Positions 47,643 through 56,126 of a stretch of 61,169 bases of DNA are shown here, piece by piece. Within the stretch, counting starts at the first letter, position 1; each line of letters opens with the position of its first letter. This DNA is from a virus (taxonomy: Duplodnaviria > Caudoviricetes): positions 1-61,169 of IMG/VR virus record IMGVR_UViG_3300046758_000288. The stretch is one strand, 5' to 3'. The notes under the pieces are model-generated. The model had not been told where the DNA came from. It saw only the letters and a program-made list of their open reading frames with translations, and did not search any database. The position numbers and the translations under genes were made by a program.

Positions 47643-47853
47643 TGGCATTAGTGCTAGTTTCACATATTCATATCCAGATTGGAATAATAGTTTTGCAAAT
47701 GCATTGTTTAATGCGGCAGACAAAGAACGTAATGAAGCCGTTCAGAATGAACTAGCATGGCTTGACTATGTTGAAGATGAATTCATATCAGAAATGACTG
47801 AATATCCAGAAGCAGAACAAATTATAAAAAATATTCTTGATAAAGGAGTGTAA
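47611..47853 (+). CDS. Hypothetical protein
   Basis: AGGAGG RBS. Confidence 0.6.
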   Translation: MAKSPNTTPFNGISASFTYSYPDWNNSFANALFNAADKERNEAVQNELAWLDYVEDEFISEMTEYPEAEQIIKNILDKGV

Positions 47854-47854
47854 T

Positions 47855-48073
47855 ATGGAATTGTTCACAGCAAATACAGGCTGGTTGTTATTTACATATA
47901 TTGTAGGAACAGGAGCAGGACTATACATGGGATACCGGTGGCAGTTACATAATGTTGCTGAATCAGTTATCGACAGTTTAATTGAACAAAAGTATCTTAA
48001 AACTCGTGGGGTTGGACAGAATGTTGAAATCCTAAAGCACACGGAATGGTGCGATGATCAAAATTCAAAATAA
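47855..48073 (+). CDS. Small membrane protein
   Basis: AAGGAG RBS, TM helix. Confidence 0.6.
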   Translation: MELFTANTGWLLFTYIVGTGAGLYMGYRWQLHNVAESVIDSLIEQKYLKTRGVGQNVEILKHTEWCDDQNSK

Positions 48074-48659
48074 ACTTCCTCGCGAAATTTATCTTGCATG
48101 TTCAGGCGGTATTGATAGTATGGCCGCACTTGACTTCTTAAGTAATAATCACGATGTTACAGTTTGCTTTTTTGATCATGAAACTGGTCATAGTAGAGAA
48201 GCATTAGAATTTGTTAGTAAACAAACAAAAAGATACAACTGTGGATTCATATACGGCAAAATAAATCGTAAAAAGCATAATAGAGAAAGCCAAGAAGAAT
48301 TTTGGCGGGCAGAACGATACAAGTTCTTTCACAGTATTAATGCTCCTGTTGTAACAGCACATCATTTAGACGATTGTGTCGAAACTTGGGTATGGTCAAG
48401 TATGCACGGCACCGGCAAAATTATTCCTTATGCTAATAAAAATGTTATTCGTCCGTTCCGTCTAAACAAAAAACGAGAATTAGAGCTTTGGGCAAATTTA
48501 CACGGAGTTGAATATATTGAGGATGACAGCAACGCTGATACGTGTTATACTCGTAACTATATTAGACATGAGATGATGCCAAACGTACTCAGGGTAAATC
48601 CTGGGATTCATAAGACTATTGCTAAGAAGGTAAAAGATGAAAGTTGGATTAAGCCTTAG
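48054..48659 (+). CDS. tilS: tRNA(Ile)-lysidine synthetase, compact PP-loop form
   Basis: SGGIDSM, RAERYKF, TAHHLDDCVET, IRP, EDDSN, YTRNYIRH. Confidence 0.85.
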   Translation: MIKIQNKLPREIYLACSGGIDSMAALDFLSNNHDVTVCFFDHETGHSREALEFVSKQTKRYNCGFIYGKINRKKHNRESQEEFWRAERYKFFHSINAPVVTAHHLDDCVETWVWSSMHGTGKIIPYANKNVIRPFRLNKKRELELWANLHGVEYIEDDSNADTCYTRNYIRHEMMPNVLRVNPGIHKTIAKKVKDESWIKP

Positions 48660-49035
48660 TCGCTGTATGCGAGATATCGTAGAAGCACGGGTAGACTACG
48701 ATGATGTACTAGTAATTATTGCTCGCACAGACTTTGATCCGCACGATGATGCACATTGGGGAGCAATCTGGGACGGATATCGCTACGGTGGAATGAGCAA
48801 TGCCGAGTGGGCAGAAGCGGAGCCTAATGCAACAGACGAAGAAGCAAGCGAAATTTATCGCAACGTAGCTATTCGATTGTACGAAGGCGGCAAGTTTCAT
48901 CAGCCGCGACAGTTTGGAGCTCATCCTCCGCGGATGCCCTACTATTGGTTGGAATGTGTTGTGCCTGAAGAAGAACATAATCCCGCACAACAGAAAGCGT
49001 GGGATAACTATAAGATGATTACAGGACTATCTTAA
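48637..49035 (+). CDS. Hypothetical protein
   Basis: GLSLSRC..IIART..GKFHQPR. Confidence 0.7.
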   Translation: MKVGLSLSRCMRDIVEARVDYDDVLVIIARTDFDPHDDAHWGAIWDGYRYGGMSNAEWAEAEPNATDEEASEIYRNVAIRLYEGGKFHQPRQFGAHPPRMPYYWLECVVPEEEHNPAQQKAWDNYKMITGLS

Positions 49036-49358
49036 TGAGTGAAGAAGATAAAAAGCGTAGCAAGGCACTAGACGGTCTCGCTGACCTCTCACAAGAGATG
49101 GAAAAGTCTCGCAAGATTTACGAGCACGATAATGACACTTGGTGGAACGGCTTAACTGAACAAGAACGTGAAGATGCGTTCTATGCTGTTGTGAAGCGTA
49201 TTCATCAAGCCGAACTGAAAGATAAAGGCTCTTATCGTTATGCATTATATGATGTATTTGGATTCGACCCTGGTATGTACATGAAAGGTATGGATTGCGG
49301 TTATATGGCAATTCACAATGCTATTGTTAATGGTGAAGAAGATGACACTACCAATTGA
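49035..49358 (+). CDS. Hypothetical protein
   Basis: GSYRYALYDVFGF. Confidence 0.7.
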   Translation: MSEEDKKRSKALDGLADLSQEMEKSRKIYEHDNDTWWNGLTEQEREDAFYAVVKRIHQAELKDKGSYRYALYDVFGFDPGMYMKGMDCGYMAIHNAIVNGEEDDTTN

Positions 49359-49548
49359 AAGAACAAATGCAGTTCTAAATGTAGAACAATTTCTAATGGA
49401 TCTAAGTAATCCAAGGAAGACACCGCGAGTACCCAGTGAAGTTCGCAAACAAGCACGTAACCTACTCAGGCACTATCCTCGCAAGTTTGACATGATGGAT
49501 CCTGCGGAAAGTTTTGAACCTATCAAGGAATGGTCATATGAAAGTTAA
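49342..49548 (+). CDS. BPSL0761-family-like small protein
   Basis: MTLPIERTNAV..FL..VRKQARNLLRHYP. Confidence 0.6.
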   Translation: MTLPIERTNAVLNVEQFLMDLSNPRKTPRVPSEVRKQARNLLRHYPRKFDMMDPAESFEPIKEWSYES

Positions 49549-49966
49549 TATCGAAGAATACACAGACAACGGTGAAGATCAAAAAGTAGAAGTGCATATT
49601 GATCCTTGGGACACTTGGAGTATGGATCATACCCTTGCTCCTATTATCTTGCCTATGCTGATTCAACTTAAAAAAGAAACGCACGGTGCTCCTTGTGTTG
49701 ACCTAGAGGATGTTCCAGAAGAGTTGCATCCTACTAATACAGAAGAATGGCAAAAGTTGTACAACGAAGGCGGCGAGACTGACGATAAGTTCTTTAAACG
49801 TTGGGATTGGGTCTTGGACGAAATGATCTATGCTTTTGACTGTAAAGCAAACAAAGATGATGTGATTATGCGATTTGAAGATCGAGAAGAAATACAAAAA
49901 GAACAAGACCGCATTTCGAACGGGTTCCTACTTTTTGGCAAATATTATGAAAACTTATGGGATTAG
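49538..49966 (+). CDS. Conserved phage hypothetical protein
   Basis: IDPWDTWSMDHTLAPII, LFGKYYENLWD. Confidence 0.7.
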   Translation: MKVNIEEYTDNGEDQKVEVHIDPWDTWSMDHTLAPIILPMLIQLKKETHGAPCVDLEDVPEELHPTNTEEWQKLYNEGGETDDKFFKRWDWVLDEMIYAFDCKANKDDVIMRFEDREEIQKEQDRISNGFLLFGKYYENLWD

Positions 49967-49968
49967 AA

Positions 49969-50406
49969 ATGAATATACAACACGAGAATTTATTTGACAT
50001 TGAAAAGGTGACAGCTCACTACACTGAAAAAGACGGTGAGCCTGTACACTATGTTTGCACTACAGACTTGAATGCAAGTGATGTGCCTGTAGACGTTTAC
50101 TATAGAGCTACACCTCATCCTCAGTTTGGCAATCGTTACTTTGGTTTATACCACGATCATGTGCGCGGACACATGATGATTACAAACGCTGATATCGTAG
50201 AGTCACTTGAGTTCGGTATGATCGAAGTAGAAGGTAAGTATTATTATAGTCAATCACACCATGATTATAAAGTTGTAGGTGATAAAATGATTGACGGTGG
50301 AAGAGCATATATTAAAAGTAGTGGTGGTGCCGTTGCAATGCGTATCAAAGACGGCAAATTTTATATCAAAGAGTTGGAGGATATGATAGAACATTATGAA
50401 AAATAA
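49969..50406 (+). CDS. Hypothetical protein
   Basis: MIDGGRAY. Confidence 0.65.
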   Translation: MNIQHENLFDIEKVTAHYTEKDGEPVHYVCTTDLNASDVPVDVYYRATPHPQFGNRYFGLYHDHVRGHMMITNADIVESLEFGMIEVEGKYYYSQSHHDYKVVGDKMIDGGRAYIKSSGGAVAMRIKDGKFYIKELEDMIEHYEK

Positions 50407-50608
50407 AAAAGTTACTTTCGAAGAAACCCTCGACGACGATGATTGGGGTTTAATTATTGACTCAAACGGTAAACTAAAAGGATTGTTTATACCTGACGGC
50501 GCAGACGAAGATGATGTGCCTGAAAGTATTGTTGATCTCTGTGTTGCAGTGTTTGGAATTGATCCGTCAGAATTTGATGAAGACGAAGGACCTAGAGTGT
50601 ATCACTAA
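50396..50608 (+). CDS. Acidic hypothetical protein
   Basis: Coupled ORF. Confidence 0.6.
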   Translation: MKNKKVTFEETLDDDDWGLIIDSNGKLKGLFIPDGADEDDVPESIVDLCVAVFGIDPSEFDEDEGPRVYH

Positions 50609-50844
50609 TGCAACCTATAGAAATTTTTGAATATAAAAAACGTTGGCAACGTAAAGGTGCTCACAGTGTAAGACTACACAGTGACCTAAGACGCCAAGGT
50701 AAAGAATATTGTAAAGTGCAAATGATGCCTCAACAATGGGACATATCAGAATATACTAACGTATATGAAGACACATTTCATTTTGAATACAAACAGGACG
50801 CAGATGCATTTTCTCGTCAATGGCCGGAGTACATAAATCAATGA
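50608..50844 (+). CDS. Hypothetical protein
   Basis: TAATG coupling. Confidence 0.6.
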   Translation: MQPIEIFEYKKRWQRKGAHSVRLHSDLRRQGKEYCKVQMMPQQWDISEYTNVYEDTFHFEYKQDADAFSRQWPEYINQ

Positions 50845-51038
50845 AGTGGGTATTAGTATTAATTTTCATTACTAACGGAGAATCAAACTCAGATTATATT
50901 GGAGAGTTTGATTCTATGTATGACTGCTTTTATGCAAGAGAAGACCTTGCAAGACAAACAGGTTCCGATCGAACTGGATATTTTTTACCCGGAATGCAAG
51001 GAATATGCATAGCAACACAACAAGAGGAGTTGAAGTGA
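50841..51038 (+). CDS. Small exported Cys-pair protein
   Basis: MKWVLVLIFI..C..GIC. Confidence 0.6.
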   Translation: MKWVLVLIFITNGESNSDYIGEFDSMYDCFYAREDLARQTGSDRTGYFLPGMQGICIATQQEELK

Positions 51039-51039
51039 G

Positions 51040-51291
51040 TTGGAACAAGAAGCGAAACTTATTCTTATTACAGACTTTATTGAACAAAAGTTACGTAAAG
51101 AACAAGAACTTGATTTCTATCTAAAAGAATTAGAAGAACTACAACGTAAGATTGGTTGGTTACGTAGAGAAGTTGATCTTACAAATACAATTATTAGTAT
51201 GATAAAAACAGAAACTGTATACGACATAAAAGAAGAAATGATTGCCAATAATGAAAACAGGGTAATTAAATTACCCGAGGATAATAAATGA
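51040..51291 (+). CDS. Coiled-coil hypothetical protein
   Basis: GAGGAG RBS. Confidence 0.6.
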   Translation: MEQEAKLILITDFIEQKLRKEQELDFYLKELEELQRKIGWLRREVDLTNTIISMIKTETVYDIKEEMIANNENRVIKLPEDNK

Positions 51292-51530
51292 GCGATATGT
51301 TTGAAATAACAAACGAAGCAATAGCAAATTTAGTTATGCTTGCTAAAGAAGGTGAAACAATGGATCCTATTGATTGGGGCGATTTAAACATCTCAGAAGA
51401 CCAAGCATACGTAATGATGGCAGCCCATGTTTTAGAAATGGAAAGAAATCACTTGACAGATGGCGCAATTATTGTTAAACTATTAGTAGAGAACTTTGTA
51501 TTAAACCTTAAACTGTTAGGAAAAAAATGA
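51288..51530 (+). CDS. Hypothetical protein
   Basis: GAGGA RBS. Confidence 0.6.
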   Translation: MSDMFEITNEAIANLVMLAKEGETMDPIDWGDLNISEDQAYVMMAAHVLEMERNHLTDGAIIVKLLVENFVLNLKLLGKK

Positions 51531-51757
51531 ATATAATATATGAAAAAACAGCAATGCTAACTAACACACGTAGTGAAGTTGCAGTTGAAGCTGAAGTTGA
51601 TAATATACAAGAACACAAATCACTAGATGCATTTATTGCAACTAATAAGATTCATATGCGTTGGAACGGGAAAGTATATGTGGGCAACGCACACGGCATG
51701 GAGTTTACTACGGCTGGACCAACTCAACGTGTAATTAACAAACAACGAGGTTTTTAA
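51527..51757 (+). CDS. Hypothetical protein
   Basis: Coupled ORF. Confidence 0.6.
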   Translation: MNIIYEKTAMLTNTRSEVAVEAEVDNIQEHKSLDAFIATNKIHMRWNGKVYVGNAHGMEFTTAGPTQRVINKQRGF

Positions 51758-51759
51758 TC

Positions 51760-52479
51760 TTGAAGGTATATTACACTAACGATGAAGCAGTATTGCAAGA
51801 CAGTGTCAATGTCAAGCAAGATATGTCTATGGCATATCTACCGCCAGAGTTGTTAGGTAAACATATACCAGAAAAGATGAAACTAAGTGACTATGTACAA
51901 TGTCCAGCGTTTACTGGCACTATTAGAAATACATATGCACTTAGATTTCCTTTTGATTTTACACTTAAGATAAACACACAAACTTGGAATATAGAATCAA
52001 ATCGACCTGAGTTTGTAAAAACATATCTTACTCCACCTTACGATAATAGCGGAGTGTTACAGTTACACTTAGGAACATTATTTTTTGCAGACAAGTCGTG
52101 TGTAGCAGAGCAAGTACATCCTTATCTACACAGTAATAGCTTAACACAAAACGCAAACGTATTACAAGGTCAATTTGATATAGGAAAATGGTTTAGACCA
52201 ATAAATCTTGCATTTCGTATCAACTCTACAGATAAAGAAGTTGTTATTGATTTTAATCGAGGTGATGTGTACAGTTATTTAAGACTTCATACTAACGAAA
52301 AAGTAAACATGTATGAGTTTGAAAACACACCAGATATAAACACAATAATGGCTCGTTGCGTAAGTTTTAAAAATGCAAAAACACAACCTCTAAAACAAAT
52401 GTATGATAGTTTCTTAAGAAAAAAGTACAATAAGAAATTATTAAAATTAATCCAACAAAATAAAATAGGAGAAATATAA
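51760..52479 (+). CDS. Hypothetical protein
   Basis: [14 protein letters not shown] motifs. Confidence 0.65.
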   Translation: MKVYYTNDEAVLQDSVNVKQDMSMAYLPPELLGKHIPEKMKLSDYVQCPAFTGTIRNTYALRFPFDFTLKINTQTWNIESNRPEFVKTYLTPPYDNSGVLQLHLGTLFFADKSCVAEQVHPYLHSNSLTQNANVLQGQFDIGKWFRPINLAFRINSTDKEVVIDFNRGDVYSYLRLHTNEKVNMYEFENTPDINTIMARCVSFKNAKTQPLKQMYDSFLRKKYNKKLLKLIQQNKIGEI

Positions 52480-53096
52480 TGCCTTTAATTCCAATGGTAG
52501 TAGAACAGGAGAGTCGAGGCGAACGCTCTTGGGACATTTATAGTCGTCTAATGAAGGACCGCATTATTATGCTTAATGGTCCAGTTGAAGATGTAATGGC
52601 TAATGTAGTCGTTGCACAAATGCTTTATTTGGAGAGTGAAAATCCTGACAAGGATATTAACTTATATATTAATTCACCTGGTGGGCAAGTAACAGCCGGA
52701 CTTGCGATCTATGATACAATGCAATACATCAAATGTGATGTTAAAACTATTGTAATGGGTCAAGCATGTTCAATGGGTTCGTTCCTAGCACAAGCAGGTA
52801 CAGCAGGTAAGCGTATTGTACTGCCCGAAAGTCGTACAATGATTCATAGAGTAAGTTCAGGCACACCAGGTACAAGTGGTAGTGTACATATTCAAGAACT
52901 ACAAATTGAAGACATCAATCGACATTATGAAGAGTCACAAAAAATTAACAAGCGTCTTACAGAATTGTATGTCAAACACAATACCGCAGGTAAGTCCTAT
53001 GAAGAACTGTTTGAAACAATGAAGTTTGATACTTTCTTGACAGCGCAAGAAGCAGTAGAAAATGGACTTGCTGATAAAGTAGTAGAGAAAAGATAA
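52479..53096 (+). CDS. clpP: Clp protease proteolytic subunit
   Basis: [26 protein letters not shown] (Ser), MIH (His), DTFL. Confidence 0.95.
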   Translation: MPLIPMVVEQESRGERSWDIYSRLMKDRIIMLNGPVEDVMANVVVAQMLYLESENPDKDINLYINSPGGQVTAGLAIYDTMQYIKCDVKTIVMGQACSMGSFLAQAGTAGKRIVLPESRTMIHRVSSGTPGTSGSVHIQELQIEDINRHYEESQKINKRLTELYVKHNTAGKSYEELFETMKFDTFLTAQEAVENGLADKVVEKR

Positions 53097-53287
53097 TGGA
53101 AGTAGCAAGTAAAGATCCAGGCAAGTTTCACTTTTATGTGAGTCTTGTAAAAAGTGCAGTACGTATAGCCGCAGGTATTGCATTAATGATAGGCGGCTGG
53201 TACCTTGAAGAGTGGGGTACATGGATTATGGCAAGTGGCGGATTATTAATTGCCGCAGAAGTTTTAGGTATTGTGGAGGAACTATGA
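53096..53287 (+). CDS. Small membrane protein
   Basis: Two TM helices, AEVLGIVEEL. Confidence 0.65.
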   Translation: MEVASKDPGKFHFYVSLVKSAVRIAAGIALMIGGWYLEEWGTWIMASGGLLIAAEVLGIVEEL

Positions 53288-53613
53288 ACCAAGTTGCAGA
53301 TAAAGTTGCCGACCTTAAAGGCATTCCTACTAGAAACGAACTGTTAAAGTTGTTAAAAGAAAACGTGGTGGAAGTTACGTTTACCAAATTAAATGGCGAT
53401 GAGCGTATAATGCCCTGTACGCTTGTCGAATCGTACCTTCCGCCCGCTCGCAAAGACGATGCAATTACTCAAAAGAAAGTTCGAGAGATATCTGATGCTG
53501 TTGTTGCAGTATGGGCTATCGAGTCTAAAGGTTTTCGTAGTTTCCGTTATGATAGAGTCAAAAAAGTTACAGTGTTAGATAACTTTTCAGTTGACAATAA
53601 TACAAAAACGTAG
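53284..53613 (+). CDS. Conserved phage SH3/WYL-like protein
   Basis: VTFTKLNGDERIMPCTL, GFRSFR. Confidence 0.65.
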   Translation: MNQVADKVADLKGIPTRNELLKLLKENVVEVTFTKLNGDERIMPCTLVESYLPPARKDDAITQKKVREISDAVVAVWAIESKGFRSFRYDRVKKVTVLDNFSVDNNTKT

Positions 53614-53619
53614 TAGTAT
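53591..53619 (+). promoter_or_regulatory. sigma70-type promoter of first tRNA cluster
   Basis: TTGACA-N17-TAGTAT. Confidence 0.7.
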
Positions 53620-53631
53620 AAGTAATAAGCT

Positions 53632-53721
53632 GGAAGATTGGCTGAGTGGTTTAAAGCGGCGGATTACTAATCCGTTGTACGTGAGAGCGTACCGTGGGTT
53701 CGAATCCTACATCTTCCGCCA
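53632..53721 (+). tRNA. tRNA-Ser(ACT), unusual anticodon
   Basis: GGAAGAT/ATCTTCC acceptor, G73, CCA, long variable arm; GCGGA-TTACTAA-TCCGT. Confidence 0.88.
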
Positions 53722-53725
53722 AGAA

Positions 53726-53799
53726 GCGGGTGTTGTGTAATGGTAAGACCTTAGCCTTCCAAGCTAATGATAGGAGTTCGATTCTCCTCACCCGCTCCA
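53726..53799 (+). tRNA. tRNA-Gly(TCC)
   Basis: TTAGC-CTTCCAA-GCTAA; U73, CCA. Confidence 0.92.
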
Positions 53800-53817
53800 A
53801 AAGAAAGGAGTCGCATT

Positions 53818-53967
53818 ATGCGACAAACAAAAGAACAACGTGAAGCAATTATTGCAGGTGCAGTAGCTCAGATAAAAGCAAACGTTGAAAAACTAAATAG
53901 TGGACCTATGGAACATACGTTAAAACGTAGAGCCGCACTTGAAAAGAAAGCGAATAAACGCAGATAA
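53818..53967 (+). CDS. Small basic protein
   Basis: AAGGAG RBS; MRQTKEQRE..KKANKRR. Confidence 0.55.
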   Translation: MRQTKEQREAIIAGAVAQIKANVEKLNSGPMEHTLKRRAALEKKANKRR

Positions 53968-53972
53968 AAAAT

Positions 53973-54149
53973 ATGAATAATCCTGTTGTAAAAGTTGTTT
54001 ATAGGCATTGGAAGACTGGTAAAGAATTAGAAGTTACTGGTAAAATAATTCCAATAAACGAGAACAGTGATCGAATAGTAGTATTGTGTGAAAATGGTGT
54101 GTACGAAGATATCATACGTGATACTATAATAAGTCAAACGCCGGCATAG
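53973..54149 (+). CDS. 58-aa hypothetical protein overlapping the tRNA-Thr 5' end
   Basis: MNNPVVKVVYRHWKTGKELEVTG.. Confidence 0.45.
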   Translation: MNNPVVKVVYRHWKTGKELEVTGKIIPINENSDRIVVLCENGVYEDIIRDTIISQTPA

Positions 54150-54215
54150 CTCAGTTGGTAGAGCAACTGATTTGTAATCAGTAGGTCCCGAGTTCGAATC
54201 TTGGTGCCGGCACCA
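54140..54215 (+). tRNA. tRNA-Thr(TGT)
   Basis: ACTGA-TTTGTAA-TCAGT; CCA. Confidence 0.95.
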
Positions 54216-54222
54216 TATTATT

Positions 54223-54307
54223 GCGCCTGTGGTGAAATTGGTAGACACGCTAGATTTAGGTTCTAGTGCTTTACGGCGTGGGGGTTCAAGTCCCTCCAGG
54301 CGCACCA
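54223..54307 (+). tRNA. tRNA-Leu(TAG)
   Basis: CTAGA-TTTAGGT-TCTAG; long variable arm; CCA. Confidence 0.93.
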
Positions 54308-54329
54308 AACAAAAAGAAAGGACCCTAAG

Positions 54330-54635
54330 ATGAGAGAATGGGTATTCAATTGTTGGAATGTAGTAATGGATCATAATATGAATCCGCTGAGTAACATTCC
54401 AGACTTCAGTACACGACATATGATTATGCAAGTCCTTGCATGGATGTGGTGTATTGTATTTGCTATTATTGTAGGTAGTATGTGGGCAGGAGTGTTTAGT
54501 ATGATGCTACATACATTATTACTAGGTGCTATCGCAATCACAGTAGCAACATTCGAAACAGCTAAACGCAATCCAAAAGCATTCCGTAGAGACAACGGTA
54601 TTAATTCACGTGGATACGGTGGTGAACACGAATGA
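54330..54635 (+). CDS. Membrane protein
   Basis: NPLSNIPD..MQVLAWMWC; two TM. Confidence 0.7.
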   Translation: MREWVFNCWNVVMDHNMNPLSNIPDFSTRHMIMQVLAWMWCIVFAIIVGSMWAGVFSMMLHTLLLGAIAITVATFETAKRNPKAFRRDNGINSRGYGGEHE

Positions 54636-54790
54636 GTGAACAAACTAATTATTGTACCACAAAAGGATTGTTACCAGCATTCCTTATCATTGCTTTCTTT
54701 ATTGTAGGCATTCCGTTATTAATGGTAGACAATGCAAAATATTGTAAGCAGAGTATTATTCCTTGTTATCCTTGGGTAACACCGGAGTAG
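54632..54790 (+). CDS. 52-aa membrane peptide
   Basis: ATGA overlap; MSEQTNYCTTKGLLPAFLIIAFFIVGIPLL.. Confidence 0.55.
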   Translation: MSEQTNYCTTKGLLPAFLIIAFFIVGIPLLMVDNAKYCKQSIIPCYPWVTPE

Positions 54791-54806
54791 GCTAAATACT
54801 TTTACA

Positions 54807-54980
54807 ATGTTTAGTGCAGTCAAAGAAATAATTTGGCATTTAACGTGCAAGGGTTGTAGCAATTGGTTTACATATGCTACAATGGAAGATAAGTATTGCA
54901 TTGAACGAACAACATTTCATTGTCCACACTGCGGGAAAAAAGGCAGAGTAGATAAAAAAGATGTTGACATAACAGAATAA
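54807..54980 (+). CDS. 57-aa zinc-ribbon protein
   Basis: CKGC..CPHCG; TAAATA upstream. Confidence 0.6.
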   Translation: MFSAVKEIIWHLTCKGCSNWFTYATMEDKYCIERTTFHCPHCGKKGRVDKKDVDITE

Positions 54981-54997
54981 AGAGTGTATTATAAATA
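54964..54997 (+). promoter_or_regulatory. Composite sigma70 + late promoter of leader/tRNA unit
   Basis: TTGACA-N17-TATTAT overlapping exact TATAAATA (54990-54997). Confidence 0.8.
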
Positions 54998-55023
54998 CAT
55001 AATAAGAAATAAGGAATACTAAC

Positions 55024-55092
55024 GTGTTAAGAACTGTACAACAATCGTCATTACAGAATTGGTGCCCAATACATGGAAGGGGTATGTCTTAA
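55024..55092 (+). CDS. Putative attenuator leader peptide MLRTVQQSSLQNWCPIHGRGMS
   Basis: AAGGA SD 8 nt before GTG; Gln/Trp/Cys codons match downstream tRNAs. Confidence 0.65.
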   Translation: MLRTVQQSSLQNWCPIHGRGMS

Positions 55093-55121
55093 CGCGACTT
55101 TATAAAAAAGTTATTTTAAGC

Positions 55122-55156
55122 AAGCCCCTAGTGTTAATTCATTAGGGGCTTTTTTT
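55122..55156 (+). terminator. Attenuator terminator immediately before tRNA-Trp
   Basis: AAGCCCCTAGTG-TTAATT-CATTAGGGGCTT + T run. Confidence 0.85.
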
Positions 55157-55230
55157 GTCGGTGAAGTGTTATGGTAGCACGGCGGTCTCCAAAACCGCAA
55201 GCGGGGGTTCGACTCCCTCCACCGATGCCA
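55157..55230 (+). tRNA. tRNA-Trp(CCA)
   Basis: GCGGT-CTCCAAA-ACCGC; G73, CCA. Confidence 0.93.
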
Positions 55231-55235
55231 ATTAC

Positions 55236-55310
55236 TGGGGAATAGTCTAGAGGTAGGACGACTGTTTTTGATACAGTAGATCGTAGGTTCGAATCCTACT
55301 TCCCCAGCCA
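55236..55310 (+). tRNA. tRNA-Gln(TTG)
   Basis: ACTGT-TTTTGAT-ACAGT; U1-A72, G73, CCA. Confidence 0.9.
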
Positions 55311-55311
55311 A

Positions 55312-55385
55312 CACTAAGTGGCAGAGTGGCTATGCAACGGACTGCAACTCCGTGTACGCCGGTTCGATTCCGGCCTTAGTGTCCA
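55312..55385 (+). tRNA. tRNA-Cys(GCA)
   Basis: ACGGA-CTGCAAC-TCCGT; U73, CCA. Confidence 0.9.
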
Positions 55386-55392
55386 TTTTCGG

Positions 55393-55421
55393 TTGACATA
55401 GTATCAAATATGTCGTATAAT
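55393..55421 (+). promoter_or_regulatory. sigma70-type promoter
   Basis: TTGACA-N17-TATAAT. Confidence 0.85.
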
Positions 55422-55455
55422 AGTTGTATAATTAGGCACACAAGGGCATAAGGCT

Positions 55456-55974
55456 ATGGCAATATTCGTAATCAGTGACACACACTTTAACCACGCAAAC
55501 ATCCTTGACTTTAAGGATTACGTTGGTAAGCCGTGTAGAGAGTTTGATAGTGTTGATCAAATGAACCAGTGTATGTTAGACAACTGGAACGATACAGTTG
55601 GTCCTAACGACACTGTTATTCACTGTGGTGACGTTCTTTTTGGTATGGACAAAGTTGATTGGTTAACAGCAAACTTTGCAAAGTTGCCTGGTAAGAAAAG
55701 ACTTGTTCTTGGTAACCACGACAATGTAAAGCACCTTGCACCGTTCTTCAAAGATATCCAGTTATGGATTGATATGAGTGATAAAGGTTTAATCTTTACT
55801 CACACACCTTTGCACCCTAGCACACTTGCTGAGAAGCATAGGTTTGGTGACGGCGACTTGTTGAACGTACACGGACATATCCACACTAATCCTTCACCCG
55901 AAGGACCTTACAAGTGTGTTTGTGTTGAGCAGATCAACTTTACTCCGATAGACATAGATAGTTTGAGGGCGTGA
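55456..55974 (+). CDS. Calcineurin-like metallophosphoesterase
   Basis: SDTHF, GDV, GNHD, HTP, HGHIH. Confidence 0.9.
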   Translation: MAIFVISDTHFNHANILDFKDYVGKPCREFDSVDQMNQCMLDNWNDTVGPNDTVIHCGDVLFGMDKVDWLTANFAKLPGKKRLVLGNHDNVKHLAPFFKDIQLWIDMSDKGLIFTHTPLHPSTLAEKHRFGDGDLLNVHGHIHTNPSPEGPYKCVCVEQINFTPIDIDSLRA

Positions 55975-56126
55975 TGGCTAAGAAGGTTAGGCGCCCTCAA
56001 GCACCTAAGGTTAGGAATTGGGTAGCAAAACAAGTTCGTGATTTAGACGGACCTTTTCGTCCAAAGGTAATTAAAAACAAGGTTAAGAAGAAACCTAAGT
56101 ATAACAGAATAGATTGGGATGATTGA
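55974..56126 (+). CDS. 50-aa basic peptide, ArfA-like
   Basis: TGATG coupling; NWVAKQVRDLDGPFRPKVIKNKVKKKPKYNR. Confidence 0.5.
   Translation: MAKKVRRPQAPKVRNWVAKQVRDLDGPFRPKVIKNKVKKKPKYNRIDWDD

Noticed and set aside
55000-55156. T-box riboswitch as the explanation for the terminator before tRNA-Trp
   Set aside because: No T-box UGGNACC bulge or stem I recognisable and the leader is short; a translated uORF fits better.
54027-55314. Minus-strand ORFs 54027-54431 and 55111-55314, and the 5' extension of ORF 53767
   Set aside because: They overlap tRNA genes; translation artefacts.
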